Positions 1-10,054 of a stretch of DNA of 64,000 nucleotides are shown here, in pieces. The notes under the pieces were generated by a model. The model made no database searches. It was not told the DNA's origin and saw only the letters and a program-made list of their open reading frames with translations. Where the stretch lies: the NCBI GenBank assembly GCA_963790305.1, contig CAWBOC010000007.1, positions 214,525-278,524 on the forward strand. The letters run 5' to 3'. The translations under genes and the position numbers were made by a program. Within the stretch, counting starts at the first letter, position 1. Every line of letters begins with the position of its first letter. Source of the stretch: an uncultured Gemmatimonadaceae bacterium. GTDB taxonomy: Bacteria; Gemmatimonadota; Gemmatimonadetes; Gemmatimonadales; Gemmatimonadaceae.

Positions 1-207
1 GCGTCGCTTTCCGACGACGCGTTGCGGCAGCGCTGCACGACGCCCTCCGGGATCGCGCTTGCCACGTGGAAGTGGCTCCGGGCGATGGTCGAGCACGAGG
101 TGCATCATCGCGGACAGATCTATCTCATGCTCGGGATGATCGACGTTCCGACGCCGCCACTGTACGGGATGACGTCAGAGGAGGTCCGAAGCCGGTCCAT
201 TTCGTGA
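1..207 (+). CDS. DinB family protein, C-terminal part (runs off window start)
   Basis: WLRAMVEHEVHHRGQI..LG motif typical of the DinB C-terminal helix. Confidence 0.8.
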   Translation, partial: ASLSDDALRQRCTTPSGIALATWKWLRAMVEHEVHHRGQIYLMLGMIDVPTPPLYGMTSEEVRSRSIS

Positions 208-249
208 CGGCCGATTCCATCGCGGTGGTCCGCCCGACATCTTCCATGG

Positions 250-543
250 GTGAACATTCGCATCGTCAACCTGAGTGGCGGCCGCTTGTCTCGCGGTAAG
301 ACGATCGCGCTCGCGATCGCGGCGGTGGCGATCGGCGGCGTCTTCCTCGCATTTGGCATCGCGCTGCTCGCGACGCTTGCGCTCGTGGGGACGGTGGTCG
401 CCGCGGGGGTGGCCATCGCGCGTCTCGTACGGGGGCGGCCGGCGCTTCCGACGCGCCAGCGACCGCTGGATCCGTCGATGGAGGTCTTTCCCCCTCGCAC
501 CGATGAGTCGCGGCGCGTCGAAGGCGGATCGCCGGAACGGTAA
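250..543 (+). CDS. small membrane protein
   Basis: two hydrophobic helices; GTG start; overlaps the next gene. Confidence 0.6.
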   Translation: MNIRIVNLSGGRLSRGKTIALAIAAVAIGGVFLAFGIALLATLALVGTVVAAGVAIARLVRGRPALPTRQRPLDPSMEVFPPRTDESRRVEGGSPER

Positions 544-877
544 GGGCGGCGCCCTGTCGACGTACGCGCGTGTGTACGCCGTCGTGCGTCGCGTCCCCGC
601 CGGACGAATAGCGACCTACGGACAGGTGGCGCGCGTCGCCGGCCTCGGTGACCACGCGCGCATGGTTGGCTATGCGCTGGCTGCGCTTCCCAATGGAACT
701 ACCGTTCCCTGGCACCGGGTCATCAATGCGCAAGGGACGGTGAGCCGGCGCCGCTCGGGAGACTCGTTGAGCCAGCGCATGCGTCTCGAGCGCGAAGGCG
801 TCCGCTTCGACGCCCGCGGCCGGGTGTCGTTCGCGACGTTCGCCTGGCGGCCGCGCGGCCAACGTGGTCCGTCCTAA
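503..877 (+). CDS. alkyltransferase-like protein (ATL, MGMT family)
   Basis: GRIATYGQVAR, ARMVGYAL, PWHRV (Trp in place of the catalytic Cys); ATG at 503 inferred. Confidence 0.9.
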   Translation: MSRGASKADRRNGKGGALSTYARVYAVVRRVPAGRIATYGQVARVAGLGDHARMVGYALAALPNGTTVPWHRVINAQGTVSRRRSGDSLSQRMRLEREGVRFDARGRVSFATFAWRPRGQRGPS

Positions 878-970
878 CGAGCGCTTGGGACGGATAGCAT
901 TGGGTTGCCTGTCGCGGTGCCGCGCGCTATCCTAGCGGCCGACGCCTCATTCCTTTCGATGGAGCTCGCC

Positions 971-1363
971 ATGCGCCCGTCCCCTCTCGTCGCCCTTACG
1001 CTCTTGCTGTTCGTCACGGCTGCGTGCGCTTCGTCCGGGCCAGGGACCCGAACTTCGGGCCGCCGCGACACCCGGGTGTTGAGCGCCGAAGAGATCAGGG
1101 CCGCCTCCGCATCGACCATGTACGACGTGATTCGCTCGCAACGCCCGGAATGGTTGATCAAGCGCGGGCAGACGAGCATCAACATGGAAGGCGACATCGT
1201 GGTCTACGTCGACAACGTGGCGCTCGGCGGCCCCGAGTCGCTGAAGAGCATCAATGTCCAGAGCGTGCAAAGCGCGCGATTTCTCAACGCGTCCGAGGCG
1301 CAGATGCGCTACGGCGTGGGGCACATGCACGGGGCGATCGTGGTGGTGACGCGAACCTCGTAG
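971..1363 (+). CDS. lipoprotein with TonB-receptor plug-like domain
   Basis: lipobox TAAC; VYVDNV..GG..L..I...V.S.RFL....A..RYG..H..GAI. Confidence 0.7.
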   Translation: MRPSPLVALTLLLFVTAACASSGPGTRTSGRRDTRVLSAEEIRAASASTMYDVIRSQRPEWLIKRGQTSINMEGDIVVYVDNVALGGPESLKSINVQSVQSARFLNASEAQMRYGVGHMHGAIVVVTRTS

Positions 1364-1456
1364 GTCGTCGAGGTTGTCGAGGTCGTCAAGGTGATCGAGG
1401 AGAAGCGATGCCGTTCCTCGATCACCTCGATGACCTGGACGCCCTCGACCACCTCG
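1364..1456. repeat. inverted 9-mer tandem repeat hairpin, family A (GTCGTCGAG)n..(CTCGACGAC)n
   Basis: about 4 units per arm with a short loop, between convergent stop codons. Confidence 0.9.
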
Positions 1457-1458
1457 GG

Positions 1459-1830
1459 CTACTGCGGCGGTATGATCAGCTGCACCACATCGCCGTCTCT
1501 GACGAAGATCTCTTCGCTGACCGGCGCTCGGTTGCCGCCAATGGGGTCGGCCTGGAATCGCAGCACACCCGAGCCGTTGATGAGCACGCTGGGGATCGAG
1601 AGCATCTGGGTCGAGAGCGCGTTGACGAGACCGAGGCGACGACGCTCGGAGCCGCGCACGACGTAGACGGTCATGTCGAGCATGCTGCGGTTCTCGACGC
1701 GCACGAACGCCTCGGGGCGGTGGCTCGCTGGGGCGCCGGACGCACCGGTCGATTTACAGGCGGCAACGGCGAGCAGTGCGACGAGCCCGCCGGTAAGGGC
1801 GAGCGCAGTGCGGAATTGAGCGCGACGCAC
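1459..1830 (-). CDS. hypothetical lipoprotein
   Basis: signal peptide with VAAC lipobox; GGAG RBS before GTG. Confidence 0.7.
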   Translation of the reverse strand: MRRAQFRTALALTGGLVALLAVAACKSTGASGAPASHRPEAFVRVENRSMLDMTVYVVRGSERRRLGLVNALSTQMLSIPSVLINGSGVLRFQADPIGGNRAPVSEEIFVRDGDVVQLIIPPQ

Positions 1831-2182
1831 GTGTCACTCCTTGATGAAGGCGGTTCCTCGCGACAAGATGCTCAGGGACGCTCGCGGGCGCCATGCCGGG
1901 GGAGCCTAACGATCGTCGAGGTCATCGCAGGCACCCGGTCGTCGGGCGGGTCGCCAATGCAAGTGCGGTAACAGGTGTTGTGCGCCGCGCGCGCGCATCG
2001 CCGCCGGGGCGGCCTGGTCCACGGTCGCTCGCAGGCTCCATGCATTACGAGGCTGGCATGACGCGCCACGGGCGTGTACATTCTCCAATGTTCACTTGGG
2101 CAGTTAGGCACCCGTGACCGTCACGGGCAGCTATTGACCACCGGGCGCGGGCGAAGCGGTCAGCGCCGGAAGAGGTGATTTC

Positions 2183-2491
2183 ATGGGAAAGAATGGACTG
2201 AGAAGCCCCGGCCCCGGCATCAGCCGGATCGATCAGGATTCGACGCGGACGCACGGGTACTTTGTACGGGTGGGCTATCGACTCACCGACAAGGGGTGGC
2301 GTCCCAAGTTCTCCGCGTTCTTCGGCGACGCGACCCACAAGGGAGCCGGAGGCGCCCTGCGCGCCGCGAAGGCGTGGCACAAGGAGATGTCTGGTTCTGC
2401 CGGAAAGTCCAAGCGCAATGGCAAGGCGAAACCCAAGGCGAAGGGCACGCGCAAGAAGACCACCGCGCGGCGTCGGACGGCACGCCGTTGA
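2183..2491 (+). CDS. small basic protein, AP2-like DNA-binding domain with Lys/Arg tail
   Basis: GISRIDQ..THGYFVRV...F.D...G...AL.AA.AW; GAGGTG RBS. Confidence 0.6.
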   Translation: MGKNGLRSPGPGISRIDQDSTRTHGYFVRVGYRLTDKGWRPKFSAFFGDATHKGAGGALRAAKAWHKEMSGSAGKSKRNGKAKPKAKGTRKKTTARRRTARR

Positions 2492-2584
2492 TCAGGTGAG
2501 ATCCCAGGGCTCCGCCTCGGCGGCGCCCCATCGTGCAGCGGCGTCCTCACGGGCGCCGCTTTCGTTTCTCCTCCGGAGGTTCCC

Positions 2585-3124
2585 ATGACAATGACGTCCG
2601 TGGATCCGCGGTATCCGATCGGAAAATTCCAGTGGAGCGGCGGCGTGGCGACGCCGCAGGAGCGCGCCGAACGCATCGCTCGCATCGAGGCGTGCCCGTC
2701 CGAGATGCGCGCGGCGGTGCGCGGGCTCAATGACGCGCAGCTCGACACGCCGTATCGCAATGGCGGGTGGACGGTGCGACAGGTCGTGCACCACGTTCCC
2801 GACAGCCACGTCAACGCCTATGTCCGCTTCAAGCTCGGCCTCACCGAGGATGTGCCGACGATCAAGCCGTACGAGGAGAATAGCTGGGCGCAGCTTCCCG
2901 ATTCGCGCACCGCGCCAATCGAGGTGTCGCTGGCGATCCTCGAGAGCGTGCACGTGCGCTGGGTCATGGTCCTGCGCGCGATGCGTGACGCCGACTTCGC
3001 ACGCCAGATCAACCATCCGGAGACAGGGGTCCAGACGCTCGACCGCGTGCTCGCGCTGTATGCGTGGCATGGCAAGCATCACATTGCGCATGTGACATCG
3101 CTCCGCGAGCGGCGAGGGTGGTGA
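2585..3124 (+). CDS. bstA: YfiT/BstA-family thiol S-transferase (DinB superfamily)
   Basis: DPRYPIG, DTPYR.GGWTVRQVVHHVPDSH, LYAWHGKHH. Confidence 0.9.
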   Translation: MTMTSVDPRYPIGKFQWSGGVATPQERAERIARIEACPSEMRAAVRGLNDAQLDTPYRNGGWTVRQVVHHVPDSHVNAYVRFKLGLTEDVPTIKPYEENSWAQLPDSRTAPIEVSLAILESVHVRWVMVLRAMRDADFARQINHPETGVQTLDRVLALYAWHGKHHIAHVTSLRERRGW

Positions 3125-3274
3125 GCGCGCTGCACGGGCGTTAGGTTCGGCTCATGGACGACCGGTGCGCGTGGCGCGACGCCGGTGCCGGTCGTCTTTC
3201 TGACGTGCACCGCCCCACCGCCACCGGTCCCGTTGGCCGGCTGGACCCGCCGCTGTTTTCGCTGGAGTCGTCCC

Positions 3275-3661
3275 ATGTCGCATCGTGATCTGGGTGCCGT
3301 CGCCCTCGCGCTCGGCATCGCCCTCTTCGCCCCTGCGTCCCTCGGCGCACAGAGCGCCGATTCTGCTCGCGCACCGCACATGATGGCCGCCGTTGTCGTC
3401 AACGGCTCGCGCGGGCGGCCCACCGCCGTTGAAAACGCACGACTGAAACGCGATCTCGCGAAATACGACGCGCGCATCGCCACGCTTCAACACCACCTCG
3501 ATAGCCTCAGGACATACGCGGACTCGCTCGACCGCGACCGCGCGCACTTCGAGGCGGCCGCCGCACAAGCACGTGCGCGCCGAACGGCCATCGAGCAGCG
3601 TCTCCGTCAGTTGGAGACCCGTCCGGCATCGCCGGCGGACTCCCCGAACGCGACCCCCTGA
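3275..3661 (+). CDS. secreted coiled-coil hypothetical protein
   Basis: signal peptide, heptad-rich body, terminator directly after. Confidence 0.6.
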   Translation: MSHRDLGAVALALGIALFAPASLGAQSADSARAPHMMAAVVVNGSRGRPTAVENARLKRDLAKYDARIATLQHHLDSLRTYADSLDRDRAHFEAAAAQARARRTAIEQRLRQLETRPASPADSPNATP

Positions 3662-3677
3662 TCGGGCACTCCCGAAG

Positions 3678-3719
3678 AAAAGGCGCGGGGCAGCCGGCTG
3701 GCTGCCCCGCGCCTTTTTT
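3678..3719 (+). terminator. intrinsic terminator (possibly bidirectional)
   Basis: AAAAGGCGCGGGGCAGCC / GGCTGCCCCGCGCCTTTT stem with T-run. Confidence 0.85.
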
Positions 3720-3723
3720 GCGC

Positions 3724-3738
3724 CGGTCCTGGAATTGC
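3724..3738 (+). promoter_or_regulatory. possible sigma54 -24/-12 promoter
   Basis: CGGTCC-N5-TTGC with GG-N10-GC spacing, upstream of the gene at 3786. Confidence 0.35.
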
Positions 3739-3785
3739 GCGCCGATCGTGAAGTATGCACGTTGTCATGGACAACGGAGGGAGTC

Positions 3786-4337
3786 ATGAGCCACCACGAG
3801 GAACGCGCGCCCGACGACGCGCTTCGGAACCATCCCCTGCGAGACACGCAGGAGTTCGCGAGCGATATCCGTATTCGTGAGGCATCGGTCGACGAGCCCC
3901 GCGTGGGCGCCGCCGGTGCCGTGGGCGGCGCGGGTGGAGCGCTCGCGGGCGCGGGGATCGGCACCATCGTCGGCGGCCCGGTGGGCGCCATCATCGGCGC
4001 GATCGCCGGCGCCGTTGGCGGTTGGTGGGCGGGCCAGGCGGCGGCCGATCCCGCGACGACCATCACGCCTGAGGACGAGGCCCGCTACCGCTCGCTGTAC
4101 GAGCAGTCGCCGAATCGGCTCGCCGACCGTTCGTACGAGGATGTACGACCGTTTTACCACCTGGGCCACGTCGCCAGGAACAACCCCGACTACCAGAAGC
4201 GCGCCTTCGAGGAGATCGAGTCCGACCTGGAAAAGGGCTGGACGCCAGACCTCCGCGCGCGGTATGGCGAATGGGTCTACGCACGACAGTACGCGCGGGA
4301 GGCGTTTACGGGGAGAGAGCGGGCCGACGAGGATTAG
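3786..4337 (+). CDS. glycine-zipper stress-type hypothetical protein
   Basis: GAVGGAGGALAGAGIGTIVGGPVGAIIG; GGAGG RBS. Confidence 0.75.
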   Translation: MSHHEERAPDDALRNHPLRDTQEFASDIRIREASVDEPRVGAAGAVGGAGGALAGAGIGTIVGGPVGAIIGAIAGAVGGWWAGQAAADPATTITPEDEARYRSLYEQSPNRLADRSYEDVRPFYHLGHVARNNPDYQKRAFEEIESDLEKGWTPDLRARYGEWVYARQYAREAFTGRERADED

Positions 4338-4339
4338 CG

Positions 4340-4408
4340 GAATACGGAGTGCGGAATGCGGATTGATGTGGTGTCCAAATAGTTTCCGCATTCCGCATCC
4401 CGCATTCG
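4340..4408. repeat. inverted 7-mer tandem repeat hairpin, family C (GAATGCG)n..(CGCATTC)n
   Basis: between convergent stops at 4337 and 4411. Confidence 0.85.
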
Positions 4409-4410
4409 TG

Positions 4411-5910
4411 CTACCGATAGGTTTCGAAAAACCCGACTCCCTCTCCATCCACCCGGCGGCCGGCGATCACACCACGCACGCGGGCGCGGCCCTTCATCTG
4501 GATGAAGTACGGAGTCGGCAGCGCGGCGGCCTGCGGGTCGCCGCGCTCGTCCATGGGAAGACGCGAGTCGGACCCGATCGCGTCATCGATCGTCAGCTCG
4601 ACGATCACCGTATCGCCGCCCCGCGCATCGGCCATCGTCGCCCTCGACGGGACCCGGAGCCGGCGACCATTCACGACGATCGACCGGTCGTCCTCGTAGT
4701 CGATGCTGCGGGGCCGGTACAGTCCGGCGAACCCTAACGAGTCCACCACGTAGAGAAACAGGGGCGGACGCGAGGCGAGCGTGTCGGGAGAATGGACGCG
4801 GCCGTACAGAAACGTCAGCGGCCCGGCGCGCGCCGCGCCCCACTCCCAGGTGACGCCGCGCCACACCCCCCAGTTGTGGTCGTGATACGCCTGCGCGTCC
4901 GATACGACCTCGCACGAGCCTGCGATGCAGAGGCGGCCGCTGGCGGATGCGCGAAGCGCGGGCACCGTGTAGCCTGATGTGAATTCGCCACTCGCCAGCG
5001 TCGCGCCGGGGAAATACGCCCCGGGCGCCGGGACGATCACGAGATCAACCGTCGCGCGCTCGCCCCGGGGCCCCTCGCCACTGGCCACGACATGATAGCG
5101 TCCGCCGTCGAGCAGTCGCACGCGCGACTCGCCCATCGTGAGATCGGGACTCGAGAGCGAGAAGCTCACCCGTGAGGCATCGTGCGCGCGGGTAAAGCGA
5201 GTCATCGCTCCGTCCTGCTCGCGACGCGTCATGCTGACCAGACCACCCCAATCATCGCCGGTCACGTCGCCACCGACGATCAACGAGATGAACCACCACC
5301 GCCGTGCATTGGGAGACAGCACGTTGAAGTAGTGCCACTCTCCCCAGCTCTCCCGGTGGGCGACATCGGCTGGCGGCAAATGAAATCGATCGATGTCGGC
5401 GTACAATTGCATGACGCTCGGCGCCATCCAGCGCTGGTCCCCGGCATCATCCTCCCATACGCCGGCGCGAAGCGCAGGCATTGCTCCCACCAATGCCGTC
5501 CGCGACGGAATCTCTCCCGTCGCGCGCACTGGATACTCACGACCATCGGCGCGGAGATAGAGCAGCTTCCCCTCGATCTGCGGTGCCGCCGACGCGACCA
5601 CGCTCGAGAACCGTGGCGCGGCCAGCAGCTGCCGATAGATGAAGCGCGCATGATCGATGGAGAAGAAAAGCCCGCCGACGCCACCGGTCTTCATCACCTC
5701 GAGATCGATTCCCTCCGGCAAGACCGTGACATTGCCGCCACCGACGAGCTTCTCATCGCGCGCCTGCACCAGCAGCGCCTCCCCGATCGCGAGCAGCACG
5801 ATCATCACTCCCACGCCGAGTCCATACCCGGCGAGCAGAAAGCCGGAGCGAAGGGGACGATGCGTGAGGTTTCGCAGCGCGAGCAGCCCAATCATGACGG
5901 CGAGCTCCAC
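4411..5910 (-). CDS. FtsX/MacB-type N-terminal TM segment fused to an AttH/CrtC-like (lipocalin-like) domain
   Basis: LALRNL..RPLRS...L....LGV N-terminus; EWHYFN and YHDHNWG..W.W motifs. Confidence 0.6.
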   Translation of the reverse strand: MELAVMIGLLALRNLTHRPLRSGFLLAGYGLGVGVMIVLLAIGEALLVQARDEKLVGGGNVTVLPEGIDLEVMKTGGVGGLFFSIDHARFIYRQLLAAPRFSSVVASAAPQIEGKLLYLRADGREYPVRATGEIPSRTALVGAMPALRAGVWEDDAGDQRWMAPSVMQLYADIDRFHLPPADVAHRESWGEWHYFNVLSPNARRWWFISLIVGGDVTGDDWGGLVSMTRREQDGAMTRFTRAHDASRVSFSLSSPDLTMGESRVRLLDGGRYHVVASGEGPRGERATVDLVIVPAPGAYFPGATLASGEFTSGYTVPALRASASGRLCIAGSCEVVSDAQAYHDHNWGVWRGVTWEWGAARAGPLTFLYGRVHSPDTLASRPPLFLYVVDSLGFAGLYRPRSIDYEDDRSIVVNGRRLRVPSRATMADARGGDTVIVELTIDDAIGSDSRLPMDERGDPQAAALPTPYFIQMKGRARVRGVIAGRRVDGEGVGFFETYR

Positions 5911-7041
5911 GGTGGGCCCTCACCCGGGCGCGACATCTCGAATCGAATGACCCCGTCGGTCGCCGTCGCCTCCCACACGTCTGCCCACACGCCGTAATCG
6001 AACCAGCGATACGTCGCACGAGCTGCCGCGTCGCGCACGCGTGCGTCGTCAGTCCCGAGGGTCACGCTTCTCCCAGACGTCTCGAGCGTGGCCCGCGCAC
6101 GAGCCGCATCGAGCGCACGTGACGGATTCGCCGCGGGGAATGTATGCTCGATCGCCGTCAGCTCCTCGGCCGACAACCGCACCGGGGTCCACGTCGCGCG
6201 CGTACCATCCCGTGTCGTCTCCCCACGCGCCAGGAGCGCGCGCACTTCGTCGCACTGGCGACCGACGAACAGCCACGCGATCAAGGTGCGGAGCGGCCAA
6301 TCGACCGTGCGCTCACGTGCTCCTTCCTGCATCCGCACTGGTACGCGCACGGTCTCCTCCCGCACCCGATCGTCTATGATGACGCCGTCGCGCATGTGCA
6401 CGACGCGTCGTGCCGCCGCGGCGAGCTCTTCGTCGTGCGTGACCACCACGACGGTCGTCCCCTCATGGTTCAGCCGCGACAACAGCGCGATGATCTCGGC
6501 ACCGGTGCGCGCATCGAGCTCGCCGGTGGGCTCATCGGCGAGCAGTAACGCCGGCCCATTCGCGAGCGCCCGCGCGATCGCCACGCGCTGCTGCTCTCCG
6601 CCGGAGAGTTGTGCCGGCCGATGGCGCGCGCGCGCGCCCAATCCAACGTACGTCAGCAGCTCTGTGGCGCGCTTCCGTCGCTCGTGCTTTCCCGACGCCC
6701 GCCTCCGACAGCGGCAGCTCGATGTTCTCGCGCGCCGTGAGGGCGGGCACGAGATAGAACCGCTGAAAGACGAATCCGACCTCGAGCAGCCTGAACCGCG
6801 TCGCCTCGCGATCACCGAGTGAGGAGACGTCCCGTCCCTTCACGAACACGCGCCCCGTGGAGGGCGTGTCGATGGCGCCCAGCAGGTTGAGCAGCGTCGA
6901 TTTGCCGCAGCCCGAAGGTCCGACGATCGCCACCCATTCGCCGGCGTCGATCGACAGGCTCACGCCGCGCACCGCATGCACCACGTCCTCACCCAACCGA
7001 TAGTCCCGCCGCACCTCCTCGGCCCGCACGAGCTGGCTCAC
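5892..7041 (-). CDS. LolD/MacB-type ABC ATPase with C-terminal extension; +1 frameshift near 6690
   Basis: GPSGCGKS in ORF 6532-7041; [16 protein letters not shown] and VTHD in ORF 5892-6815. Confidence 0.85.
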
Positions 7042-8226
7042 GCGACCGCCTCCTCACGTAGCGTTCGCGCGATGGGCAGCGACGCGGCACGCCACGAGGG
7101 GTAGACGCCAGCGAGGATTCCCGAGCCGACGAGGAGCGCGAGCGCCGTCCACGCCGCACGCGGCTGGAAGAGAAAGAAATCGATCGCCGTTGGCAGGCCC
7201 GGAAAGCTGGCGAGGATCGCGTTCAGCCATCGCGCCGTGACCAGTCCCAAGGCGAGCCCGAACGCGGCACCCAACGCGGAGATCAGGAGGCTCTCGACCA
7301 CGATCTGCTGCACCACGTGCGCTCGCGAGATTCCGATCGCGCGCTGCACCGCGATCTCCCCGATCCGCTGATTGACGGACACGGTGACGAGCGTCGTCAC
7401 CAGAAGAAACCCGACGAGCAGGCTGACGCCGCCGAGGATGAGCGCCATCTGCCGGAAGTAGGCGAGGCGCTCGTCGACGCGCGCGAGCGCCTCACGAGTG
7501 GAGATCGCATCGACGCGCGGGATCTCCCGCTCGATCCACCGCTGGACGCTGTCGGCAATCGCTCCGTCGCGCACACCGACCATGAACAGCGACGCCCGGT
7601 CGGTTCGCTCTGCGCCGCCCATCGCCTGAAGAGTCGCCAGCGGAACGGCGACCGCCGGCTGTCCGCGCGAGAGATAGAGAAATCGCGCAACGCCGGAAAG
7701 CACGAGCCGCCGCTCTCCGCTGTACGCCCGCAGCTGCGGACTGTACGCGGTGGCGAGCGTCAGCGTGTCGCCGAGCTGCGCACCCGTCGCCTGTAGAAAG
7801 TCCTCGTTCGCCACGAAGGCATCGACACCAAGGGCGTCGCCGCCCCGCTCCAGCTCGTAGTCCCCTTGCACCGAGGCGTTGACGCCGAGCGCGAACGCCG
7901 TGGACCGCTGGGCGCCGTCTACGACGTGCACGGTCGCCCCGAGCACAGGGCTGACGGCCGTGACGTCGGGATGACGCGAGAGTAACTCGACGATCCCGGA
8001 AGCCCCGGCGATCGTCGCCTCGGTGTCGAATGGCAGCGTTCCTCGCGGCGCAAGCCGAATCGAGAAGCCGCGGCTCTCGAGAAGGGTGCCGAACGACGCG
8101 CGCATTCCGCTCGAGAGCATCACCATGTCGAGCAGCATCGCCGCCGCCACAGCCACACCGAGAACCGCGAGACCGGTGCGGGCGCGATGCCGCGCGAGCG
8201 AGATGAGGGCGAGATGCAGAATGCAC
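7038..8226 (-). CDS. ABC transporter permease, FtsX/MacB family
   Basis: VNQRIGEIAVQRAIG, YPSWRAA; open frame extends to ILHLALISLARHRART; GTG at 8226 needs one extra base removed. Confidence 0.85.
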
Positions 8227-8230
8227 TGCT

Positions 8231-9037
8231 CTAGCGCCCCAACAGCGCGAGCGGGCGCGCGCGAACCAGTCTGAGCGCGGCCAACGCGCCCGCGACAATG
8301 CCCAGCGTGATGGAGAGCGCGGCGGCGAGCACCACGATGTCCGGCGTCACAATGGAGAAACGCAGTGGGGTGCGATAATGGGCCTGGTAGTACGCATTGA
8401 CCGCCGCGGACGCGAGCGCACCGATGACCGTGCCCGCCAGGCTGCCGACGAAGGCGATGAACGCCGCCTCGAGCACTACCGCGCCGAGCACCGTTCGGCG
8501 GGAGATGCCGAGGAGACGAAGGGCAGCGACGTCCCGGCGGCGCTCATCCACCTTGAGCAGAAGAATGCAAAGCAGGAAGATGGCGCTCGCCACGATCGTG
8601 ATGACGCCGATTGCCCGATGGAATCGGCTGACGACGCGAAATGTCTGGGACGTCTCGATCGCGACGTCGCGCGACCGGTGCGCGCGGAACCCGAACGCGA
8701 CATCATTGATGGCATCGAGTGCGCGCTCGGTTGCGCTGGTGTCGGGTGTGGTGACGGCGAAGCGGTCGACTCGGTCGCCGTAGCCGATCAACTGCTGCAG
8801 ATGATCGAGGTGCAGTCGAACACGATACTCATCGCGCGCGATCTCGCTTGGGTCGGCCGTGCGCGCGGTAACCGCACCAATGAGAACGGTGTCGCCGGCG
8901 GCGCCAGGTGCGCTCGCGACGACGACGCGGTCGCCGAGGCGCAGTCCGGCATCGGCGGCCAATCGTTCATCGATCGCAATGGTGCGCGTCGTGCCCTGAA
9001 GGGCGAGCGCGAGAGTCAGTAAGGGGATGAGGCCCAT
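8231..9037 (-). CDS. ABC transporter permease, FtsX-like (short)
   Basis: VDERRRDVAALRLLGIS....V..EA with three C-terminal TM helices. Confidence 0.8.
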   Translation of the reverse strand: MGLIPLLTLALALQGTTRTIAIDERLAADAGLRLGDRVVVASAPGAAGDTVLIGAVTARTADPSEIARDEYRVRLHLDHLQQLIGYGDRVDRFAVTTPDTSATERALDAINDVAFGFRAHRSRDVAIETSQTFRVVSRFHRAIGVITIVASAIFLLCILLLKVDERRRDVAALRLLGISRRTVLGAVVLEAAFIAFVGSLAGTVIGALASAAVNAYYQAHYRTPLRFSIVTPDIVVLAAALSITLGIVAGALAALRLVRARPLALLGR

Positions 9038-9067
9038 TGTCGAGGGAAATATGACCGCCAGCATCGA

Positions 9068-10054
9068 ATGCCGTCAGCCGTTCTGATCGACACCGACCCC
9101 GGCATCAATGACGCCGTAGCGCTCGCACTCGCCGCGCGTCTCCCCGAGCTCGACCTCGTGGCCATCACGACATGTCATGGGAACACCAATGTGGCACGCG
9201 CCACGCGCAACGCGCGGGAGATCGCCGGACGCGTCGGGATCGATGCGCCCATCACCGCGGGAGCGGCGGCCCCGCTCCACCGCGCGGCGCATCCCGCACG
9301 CGAAACCCACGGCGACGAGGGACTCGGGCACTGGGTACCCGATCAGGCGGCGCACGCCGAGCCCGACCACGCCGCGCAAGCCATCGCCGAGGCGGCGGGC
9401 GCCCATCATCGCCTCGTGGTGATATGTCTTGGTCCCCTGACCAACCTGGCGCGTGCTGTTTCGTCCTTCGATCACGTCGCTCCAGCGCTCGGCCCCGTCT
9501 TCATCATGGGTGGCACGATTGGCGTGCGGGGCACGCAGACGCGGTGGAGCGAGTTCAACTGGTGGGGCGATCCGGAGGCGGTCGAGATCGTGCTGAACGC
9601 GGGGCTGGACATCCGCCTCGTCCCTCTCAATGTCACGCGACGAATCGTGGTGCCCGGAGACGCGGTCCGCGCACTGCGCGAGGCGGGGCAGATCGACGAC
9701 GACGCACGGTTCTGGGCGGACGCGCTGGGGTTCTACATGGATTTCCACAGGGGTCACGAGGGACTCAATGGTTGCGTCGTCAACGACCCCCTGGCCGTCG
9801 CGCTGGCGGCGGACCAGTCCTTGGCGACGTGGCGTGACATGCGCATCGGGATCTCGGTGAGCGACGATGAACGACGCGGAGCGATCATGATCGATGCGGA
9901 GGGTGGCGCCGCGGCGCGCGTGGCCACGACTGTGCGTGCCAGTGACGTGCTGGGCCTTCTGACACGGCGTGTCTTCACCCCCTGGCTGACGGACGCGCTC
10001 GTCAGGCGCGGGGTCGAGCAAGCGGCGAAGTGGCTCGACGAGCATCCACAATGA
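9068..10054 (+). CDS. inosine/uridine-preferring nucleoside hydrolase family
   Basis: DTDPGIND, HGDEGLG, GPLTNLA, EFN...DPEA, NDPLAV. Confidence 0.9.
   Translation: MPSAVLIDTDPGINDAVALALAARLPELDLVAITTCHGNTNVARATRNAREIAGRVGIDAPITAGAAAPLHRAAHPARETHGDEGLGHWVPDQAAHAEPDHAAQAIAEAAGAHHRLVVICLGPLTNLARAVSSFDHVAPALGPVFIMGGTIGVRGTQTRWSEFNWWGDPEAVEIVLNAGLDIRLVPLNVTRRIVVPGDAVRALREAGQIDDDARFWADALGFYMDFHRGHEGLNGCVVNDPLAVALAADQSLATWRDMRIGISVSDDERRGAIMIDAEGGAAARVATTVRASDVLGLLTRRVFTPWLTDALVRRGVEQAAKWLDEHPQ

Noticed and set aside
1831..2182. Riboswitch or ncRNA in the long divergent intergenic region
   Set aside because: I could not recognise a conserved aptamer or terminator; an Rfam search would be needed.
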